DNA from: Chara braunii
Lineage: Eukaryota; Plantae; Charophyceae
NCBI GenBank assembly: GCA_003427395.1
Contig: BFEA01000047.1
Location: 222,562-283,289 of the forward strand
Reading direction: 5' to 3'
DNA: 60,728 nucleotides
The notes below the pieces were generated by a model that was not told the origin of the DNA, ran no database searches, and was given only the letters and a program-made list of their open reading frames with translations. The first letter of the stretch is position 1. Each line of letters begins with the position of its first letter. The position numbers and the translations under genes are program-made. This document shows positions 52,684 to 60,728 of the stretch, in pieces.

Positions 52684-55600
52684 CCGAGAAGTGGAGCAAG
52701 CTCCAGTACTCCACATCTAGATTAGTGCGGGAAGCGAGGTCCGGAGGTGCGGCAAACGGAGCTTCAGGATGTCGAAGATGGTGGTACATAATTGGGTTGA
52801 TCAATACTAAGGAGGGATGTTTGGCATGGCAGAGTGATGTAAGGAGAATATTGAGGGTTGAGAAGACAACTGAAAGAATCATCGGTTCATGGTGTACTCC
52901 TGGGCTCATGCAGTGAATTACAAATGGTGATAAGTTGGGGCACAACAGTACAGAACAGATGGATTGTTGAAGCAATATAATAGGCAGACCATTGATTCAT
53001 AAACATTTGTACAGTGATAGGCTGTCTAGATGGGCTGAAATTGTTCCGAGCAGCCTCCGAATCGTGCATCAAACAGCTGGCAAATGATGATCCCTGTTAT
53101 CTGTCTAATAGGCTCGTACAAGCGTGGACCATAATCCAGGTACTGGTAAACTATCACCGTAATGCTGTATGTTCATAGGATGTTTTTTTTGCAAAGGGAA
53201 AATCCTAGCATGTCCAGGATCCCCGATGCATTTGCATATATGAATAAGTAGCACAGTACTGGGTATGTTGGTAGGAATTTAACTTGGGATAAGTCCGCAA
53301 TGAATTTGTGAATCATTGGAACACAGTAGAACACAAATGAATGGAGCTGTAGTCGCAAACCGCAGTTGCAGCTGTGCCAAGTAGATCGTACGTAGATAGG
53401 TAGGGATAGTCAACTATTCATAGGGAATGTTGAAGTGTATGGAATCTGAATGACTGGGACTTGAATCTCACAAAGGGGGCAACATAGCCATGTGCTGCAT
53501 ATTAGTCAGATTCACTCTAGGTTCCAGTAAAAAGTCCACAAATCCATGCTACGGATCCCAGCTTTCACATGCCTGGACTCTAATAGTCTCATATCATCCC
53601 AACAGGACACAGAAAATCAAAAGCAACGCAGGTGGGCCTGCTCAATGGTATGATGCTGCTTGCCTCTCTGTACACAATGTGTGGGGATATGCACATGGGG
53701 ACCTTGAACGGATTGACCGATGGCAGAGGAGAACAGAAGTTCCACAAACCATTCCGGAAAAGTGCCGTTGCCACCGCCAAACTTGTGATTGTCGCTGATG
53801 ATGACAGCGATGGGAGCCTATGGACATCAGCAGGGGGACAATCACTATGACCAGAAATAAGTGCAACTCTTACATACCAATGTTTGCATGTACACATTGC
53901 AAACACATTAAAAGTACAGGACGTCTTGCAAGGAAGATCTTGCAATCAATATCTGGGAATGTAAGAACATCAACGACTCTGACATGGTTATTTCTAGTCT
54001 GGTGCTAGGTATCATCCGGAAAACGGGGTTCAATGCATCAACGCGGAAGGCCATCATAGACAGTCATGAAGTGTAGTCAAAAGGGAGCACAAAAAAAAAA
54101 AAAAAAAGCTGTTACATGAACTTACATCCACAGAGCGCAACAGTTACGATCTAAAAGAACAGCCAACGGTGTTCGGTACTAGATGCACCGAGATGCGCTG
54201 AGTTTCTCTTTGTGGAAGGACACACCGCCCATGTCTGCTCGCTGGCTGTACTTGTTTTCAGATTCTGTTCCCAAAGGAAGGGACCATGATGGATTTGTAC
54301 CGATTCTTTGCTTTCAGATTCTCTTCCCCGAGGCAGGAACCATGCTCTTTGTTTGGATTTGTATCAATTTTCAGATTCTAATCATTCTAGACGATCTGCA
54401 GAACCTTGGTGCAAGGATTGACAACCGCCTGATGGCCATAGAGACGGCTCTTTCCTCGATAGTGGGAATGGAGGATGGGAACGTTAACTCCCAGTATGCT
54501 GGAAACCTAACTATCGATAACAATGGCATGACCGCCACAGCCATCACACATCGGCCACAACAGTGGGTCATACAGTCCGTCAATCCACATGTTATAGCCA
54601 CAAGGTAAGGCCATGCCCTCATTAGAGGTTCCACTTCTGTCACTGCAATCACTTAGCATAGCCTGTTGGCATTATTGCCATATCACCATCATCTGGGCCA
54701 GTGGGAAACAGAGACTTTGACACAATTGCGAGGTGACCATATTATTTCCCTGTCGATTTATCACAGGGCATCTGAGACAGCATCTGTGGTTCTCCTGAGA
54801 AATGAAAATCTCAGTGCAGCTCTCGCTTCTCTCTCTACATGTACCTGTACTCATGTAGCTTCTCGCAGGTTAACAAGTAGCACTTGGATTCCCTACCCTG
54901 GGGCTCCCTTTTCCCCAAGCCACCCCCACCTCACATACCCACTCAAGCACTTGGATTTCCTGTCCTTTTTACAGGAACTTGAGACCCTCTGCAGCCTCAG
55001 CAACAGCACATCCCACTGAGCAACAAACTTGCAGGTGCACGTGCTGATTGTGCTTCTGGTGAAATGTTTTCTCGCTGCCTTGGCAGTGACACCGAGCAAC
55101 ACAAGCGTGCACGTGTACTTGGTGCATACTCGTGTTATCATACAAGCAGCCCGGCAAGTTCGTATCACTATGCGCGAGCATGCGGTAGAGGAACAGAAAC
55201 ATAGAGTGGAGGAGGGCAACAGAGAGACAAAGCACAAGTGGTTAAGAGGGATGCAATGGAGGAGGGCAGTAATCTGTGCATTTGAGCGGGGGGTGCCCAG
55301 CACACTTGCCTGGAAAGTCTCACCTGCACAAGTTGCTTTTCTGCGCATTTGTGTTGCCATATGGTCCGTCCGCGGGAGAGAAATGGACTGTGACAAGGAG
55401 AAGAGGGACCAGGCACGAAAAAAGGAAGGAGGGAATTGTACAAAATCAGACGAGAGACAGATATAGAGAGAGAAACTGGTCCGGTGGTTGGGGGAGACTG
55501 GGTGGAGAAAAAAAGGAGGAAGGGAAGAGAGTGAAAAGAAAGGAAGAGAGGAGAGGAAATTGGTGGGCAGAAAACCTGGGGAGGGAGCCCAGAGAATGAT

Positions 55601-55884
55601 GCGCCAAAGAGATGTTGTTGTGCTCTGGACTTAACAAGCAAAAATGGATATCGCTTGCATAATGATAAAAAAGATTGGTCAACACCGCACATCGTCAATT
55701 GCTCACAGAGTTTCAGCTGTAAGATCGTGACCTGGAACAACACTACAGCCAGGCTAGCAGTCTGAATACTGCAAACAAAATGCGGACGAGTCAAGCACAG
55801 GTGGCAAAGATTCTTATCGGGCCGCCAAGATCCTATACAAAGAAGCTTCAGGTGTATAGCGGGCCAAAGCCAGAAGATCTCCAC

Positions 55885-56310
55885 CTTCAGAGCCATTTGC
55901 AGACATGTCTTCCTAACTGGCGGCCGCTGGAGGATCAATGCCCACAATGTGCTTAGCCCTTGTGTTACACGCTCTGCGCCAATCGAGTCTGCAGTACTTG
56001 GACCTGTCGCAGCACCAGTTTTCACTCCAGCCCCTTGTCCAGTTGCCGTCCCCGCAGCCTTCTCATTTCCCGTTCCTGCTGTGGAGGGAGTTGTCAAGCC
56101 CTGCACAGTCTTGGTACCTCCACTTCCTACAGCTGCATCCGAACCTGCACAACCACCTGCTGCTTCTGACGCAATTACTGCACCTGTCTTGCTGGGGTTG
56201 CAGAGGTTTTCCACAATCTTCAGGACAGGCAAGGGAAGAGCCGGAGCTTCGCATAGAAGTTTTGCAAGCGCTCTGTCTGTTGGTGGCAGTGTATCCCTTA
56301 TGCCCTTGAC
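55885..56310 (-). CDS. SYMPK: Symplekin exon: VKGIRDTLPPTDRALAKLLCEAPALP...ERVTQGLSTLWALILQRPPVRKTCLQMALK
   Basis: Lies within ORF 55168..56394. 426 nt, CTCAG| and |GTGG. Motifs LP.D+...L.EAP.LP and ERVTQGL..W.LIL.RP are characteristic of plant symplekin. Confidence 0.92.
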
Positions 56311-58407
56311 CTGAGATAGGAAAGAACAATACAGACAAGCAATATTGAGTGCAACGTTACATGACCTGCTAAGGGCCGAACGCACTGCTACCATTACATA
56401 ATCACACTGTCACACTCAAGTAGCATAAGAGTTCACCACAGATTACAGTCATCCAATTCATGAACTCTTCACCACGAAAGCAAATAGCATTTGGGTTGGG
56501 CTCCTGAGCTATCAGAAGCCAATTGCACAAGACTAACAATGTTCTGAAGCCCGTGCAACCGTCGAAACCAGGCTGGCAAACAGAAGAGATGTGGGGGGCT
56601 GACTGCTCCCCTCCCCAATTACTACTGCTAAATTGCTAATCCTACACTTATCCCACATGAATCCTCCTTTTTATCCCCAGCCATATGATCTTCCGTAATT
56701 GTCCACACCATCCCCGCCCCTGACAAATAAAAGAGAGAGAGGGGACTGAGTACCCCCCCTCCCCCTTACTGCTGCTTATCGTACATTTATCCCGCATGAA
56801 ATCCTCCTTTTTATCCACATTCGTATCCTCATTCTCCTTCTTGGCCTCCTCATCATCTTCCTCTTTCCTAATTCTCCGCACCATCCTCGTCCCTCCGTTG
56901 CAAATAAGCCCAAAAAAAAAAAAGATATAGTTGACTCCTGTAGCCGCAATGTAGCGTCCTCCTTTTTATCCACTCTTCAGCTTCCCCTTTGTCCTCTCCA
57001 CTTAGCCTCGGACTGCTGTCCCTCCTCCTCTTACCTGTAACAAGGTGCCTGGTCACCATTGGCATTGATATCCACCTCACCTACATCTGTCATCATCGCT
57101 TTGTCACCCTATTTCCCCTTCTTCATTATCTTGGTCTCTCAATTCTTTCAGTCCTCCACAACCTCTTTCCCCCCTCCCCATTGCTTCCCCCATGACTCTT
57201 TCTTCAATAAGCAAATTTCTCAAACAGACCACGGATCGAGAGCAAGCCAGCCTCTGGTTTCCAGACCCGAGCTGGTCAGAATGCTGGCCCTGTTTGGCAG
57301 TGATTCCTCAACAGGCGAAAACTTCATGTTCAAAGGTGCGCCAACAGAGGCTTGCAGATCAACGAGAGCACAATCTGGTATGAACAATGGCAGGCATATC
57401 CCATGGTAACTACAATTTGCTGCTGAGATTGGTTCCTTTCCTTTTACACATGACATGCCAGAGGCCCATTTCCATTCATGTCTCTGCATAGTGGGGCATA
57501 AGTACTCAAAAGCAGTCACAAAATAAATAAGACTATGCTTGACTTGTGGCTGTGAACAAATGCTACTGACAGATTCAACAAGTTGGGGCTAACACCATTT
57601 GGAAAAGGGAAAGAAGCCCAACTTGGATTACGTTCTTGTGGCTCAACCATCATACAACGGGAAAAATTGGCAAGACAGCGTAATGCGTTCTGGGATGGAA
57701 CGCGGGAATTAGGCAAGAAGAAGCAACAAAAGAAAGAGAAAAAACAGAGCGAACACACACAAAGAAAAGCAAGCCAACAGAGAACCATACCACCTTGGAG
57801 CTGGGTTACGGGCAGATCTTGCCTACCTCTGTAATTTCAGAGCTGATGTACAACCTTCACAGATTCCAACCCCAACCCCTGAGCTTCCACATGCGTTGTG
57901 TGTACGGCATTCACAGATGGTTAAGAGACTTACGCATCACACACTCAGTTTCCCCCCTTTTTTCTCTCCTCCCTCTGTCTACGTCTCTCTTTTGGTATAC
58001 ACGTGCACTTCACAGACAAAACACCCCATTTGCAGAACAATCAACAAGCCCCGCCCCACCAAATACAAAACTCGCAAAGTAGCACGGTTGTCAACAAATT
58101 CCACCTGACCCGTCTGGATCTTCATGGCCACAAACACAACGTGAATGGAGAGAGGGGAGGATTGTTACCACAAAATGTGGACTGGACACATCTTAAACTT
58201 TCAAGGTGCCATAATGGAGCTAGTATACAGAAACATAATTGCAGTCTTCTCCTCACAGGTTCCAGTTGGCATCATGAATGGTTTTTCATCAGAAACAGAC
58301 AGAACACCTGTGCATTCTTTCGCGGGGAACATGCAACTCTATTATCCACTTGTAACTTCATAAGCATCATCCCAGGTGCTAGTTGCTATAGGAGGCGATG
58401 AATATAC

Positions 58408-58542
58408 CAAGGAAATGAGAAGTTGCTCGTATAGTTCGTCGAAAGAGTCCTCCACAGATGGTGGTGCCCCACTGTCCACGTCCATGTCTGCTGGTGAATC
58501 TGCATAGAGCTGATAAAGCAGGTGAAGAGCAAGCTCGTGTCC
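58408..58542 (-). CDS. SYMPK: Symplekin exon (most 5' exon found in the window): GHELALHLLYQLYADSPADMDVDSGAPPSVEDSFDELYEQLLISL
   Basis: Translated by hand; this frame is not in the ORF track. 135 nt, bounded by GGCAG| and |GTATAT. Resembles the plant symplekin/ESP4 motif GH.L.LH.LY.L...YE.FL and joins in frame to the next exon. Confidence 0.85.
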
Positions 58543-59998
58543 CTGCCGTCATGAAACCACAAATGAAACCGAAAACAGCAACAACCAATACACGTACAAA
58601 GCAGTCGACATATCATCAGTTAATCGAAGATGGAAGATTTCCATAACCGGTGAAAAAATGTTGAAACAGTAAACGGTTCAATACTCGAAGTTCCCTTTCC
58701 ATGAGGAGCCAGCATGAGGGAGGCAAAAACCCTTTCAAAATGTGAAAGAGACAAAATGTCAGCGACAGTGAGCAAATGTTTTCAACCCCTGGCTGTCTGA
58801 AAGCAGGGCTCTCAAACGTTAACCCATCCAGACAGAGTACAAGTAAATAGATGTGGGCACCCTTCAGCCAAGCTCAAGTGAGCCACCATCCAGCACATCA
58901 CCCAGCCCAGAAATCAGCAGTTCGTCCTCTCAGAAACCTAGCCAGAACACAAGCGTGAACAGATGTGGGCACTATTCAGCGAAGCTCAACCGAGCCACCA
59001 TCCAGCACGGCAACCAGCCCAAAAATCAGCAGTTGTACAGACTAAACCATATCGAATTATCCATGTCCATTTAATAAAATATGCTCTGTGACTGCGGAGA
59101 ATACTGGATCAGAAACCTAGGGGGACACACTTTTCTTCGTACAGACTTTACAGCATCAAATTCTCCATGTCCAGTTAATTAAGATATGCTCTGTGACTGC
59201 GGAGAATACTGGATCAGAGGACTTTTGCATGTGAGCTGGAAGCCCTCTCCGTGCGCAATATTTCATGTTATTCAATGTCCAGAGGACGGCAAATCACACA
59301 GTATAGCAACCACAGCATCACGCCGTTCTTGTGAAATCATGTGCCTGCCAACATATTTATCTGCCCATCTGTCTCCAACTAACAGATCTGGGAACTTACC
59401 CCACCCTCTCCCAACGTCCAAATTGGTACAAACTGCAAACTGTCGTAACTATAACAAATACTGCCAATGTCGTTGTCCAGAAATACGTGGGTTGATGAGA
59501 TGGGTGATCACATGGGAAGACCACAACTAAGAATCCGCAGCGGAACACTGTTATGTTCAACAGGAGCATGCTCCTGGTCCTCAGGAAGTACGCCTTCGAG
59601 AAGGATCAGAAACAGACATCACTCTGCATCGCTGCAATGTTGCGTGCCTGACAAATGTGCACCAAGTGTGACAAGTCAATCCCAACCTGGCACAAACACC
59701 AGCCAGTAATCCTTCAACCAGCATCAGGAACAGACATGCCTCTGCCTCACTGCAATATTGCATGCCGTGCAAATGTATTTTGTACACTGAGGAGGGACAT
59801 GTCGATCACTACATATATAACAATCGCTATTTGGCAGCCTGTGACCAGCAGCCGATCTGGGCCCTCAGTTTCCTTGGCGCGCGACGGTCCAGATTGGCTG
59901 CTCATTGTTTTCAATGTCATCAACTCGCGATCTGGACCGTCGTCAGCAATGTACCGCACGGCCCAGATTGTGTGTTCACCATTTTCGAGATGACAGTT

Positions 59999-60061
59999 GG
60001 GCCGGTAGGCCCTGGCCCGATAGTGCTGTGCGGGTACTACGGGGCCAGGGCCTACCGGCCC
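59999..60061. repeat. Long GC-rich hairpin (perfect 20-bp inverted repeat plus an inner 6-bp stem)
   Basis: GGGCCGGTAGGCCCTGGCCC (59999-60018) and GGGCCAGGGCCTACCGGCCC (60042-60061), with inner TAGTGC/GTACTA. Confidence 0.85.
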
Positions 60062-60169
60062 TGCACAAATTTCAACTCCCCAGACCTGGTACTGCCGCGC
60101 TTGGTCGGAAGCCCTGGGGTTTGTCACTACCTTTTTTAGCCGGTTGACACCTGCTTACGCATGCCTACA

Positions 60170-60365
60170 CATGACTTCGACGCATAACTTCGACACTACT
60201 CTAGCTCAACTTTGACTCTCTACGACGCTACCCTACACTACTGCCCTTGACTTCGACTCTCTGCGACACTACTCTTCGCTACTGTTCTTGACTTCGACTC
60301 TCTACGACACTACTGTACGCTGCTGCGCTCGACTTCGACTCTCTTTGACTCTCTACGCTAAACTT
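60170..60365. repeat. Minisatellite (GACTTCGACTCTCT.CGACACTACT)n
   Basis: About 4 degenerate ~40-bp units; composition resembles the reverse complement of 16330-16555. Confidence 0.7.
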
Positions 60366-60367
60366 TG

Positions 60368-60407
<40 letters not shown>

Positions 60408-60646
60408 CGGTAAGGGGCGTGAGGAAGGCGGGCGCGACATGTTTTCTCAGACGCATTGTACTGATGGCCAAGGACTCGCCATGTGTGTGTGCGTGCATGT
60501 GTGCCTGTGTGTGTGTGTGTGTGTGCGTATGTGCGTGTGTGCGTTCGTGTGTGTGTGTAGAGCACAGTCCAAGTAGCGTGGAAGTTGAGCGTCGAGCCCA
60601 AAGGTAAAAAAACAGTCATGCCCGCCTTCCTCACCCCCTCTACCGA

Positions 60647-60647
<1 letters not shown>

Positions 60648-60726
<79 letters not shown>
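60648..60726. repeat. (CA)n microsatellite, one of many (CT)n/(CA)n tracts (others near 12590, 15260-15480, 16125, 21617, 26324, 31205, 44153, 52609)
   Basis: Direct reading. Confidence 0.95.

Positions 60727-60728
<2 letters not shown>

Noticed and set aside
52690-54610. Possible decayed Cys-rich DNA-transposase remnant
   Set aside because: Coding-like composition, but no continuous frame or recognisable catalytic motif. It needs a TBLASTX or HMM search.
58543-60728. Further upstream symplekin exon
   Set aside because: Candidate GT-AG segments (for example near 59400 and 59560) gave no symplekin-like peptide. The next exon is probably outside the window or was missed.

Overview
Eukaryotic, intron- and transposon-rich draft-assembly DNA with many N gaps and (CT)n/(CA)n tracts. 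It resembles a streptophyte alga such as Chara; this is inference only. The backbone is eight minus-strand, phase-0 exons (481 aa) of a plant-type symplekin gene spread over about 58 kb, including a ~34.5-kb intron. The introns hold: a degenerate Ty3/Gypsy chromovirus with both LTRs (3346-12067); several decayed L1/Tx1-like LINE pieces, most sharing one 3' tail; a plastid-type tRNA-Arg(CCG) fragment inside a LINE; a Penelope-like RT remnant; and two Nextera adapter artefacts. The most unusual region is the intron at 12390-19686. It carries (i) a ~3-kb tandem array of about 18 U2 snRNA-derived modules (branch-point recognition region plus stems IIa/IIb) next to a Helitron-like 3' terminus, and (ii) a structurally complete type III hammerhead ribozyme. 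Both are in the same sense as the symplekin pre-mRNA. All homology calls come from by-eye comparison with remembered consensus sequences; no searches were run.
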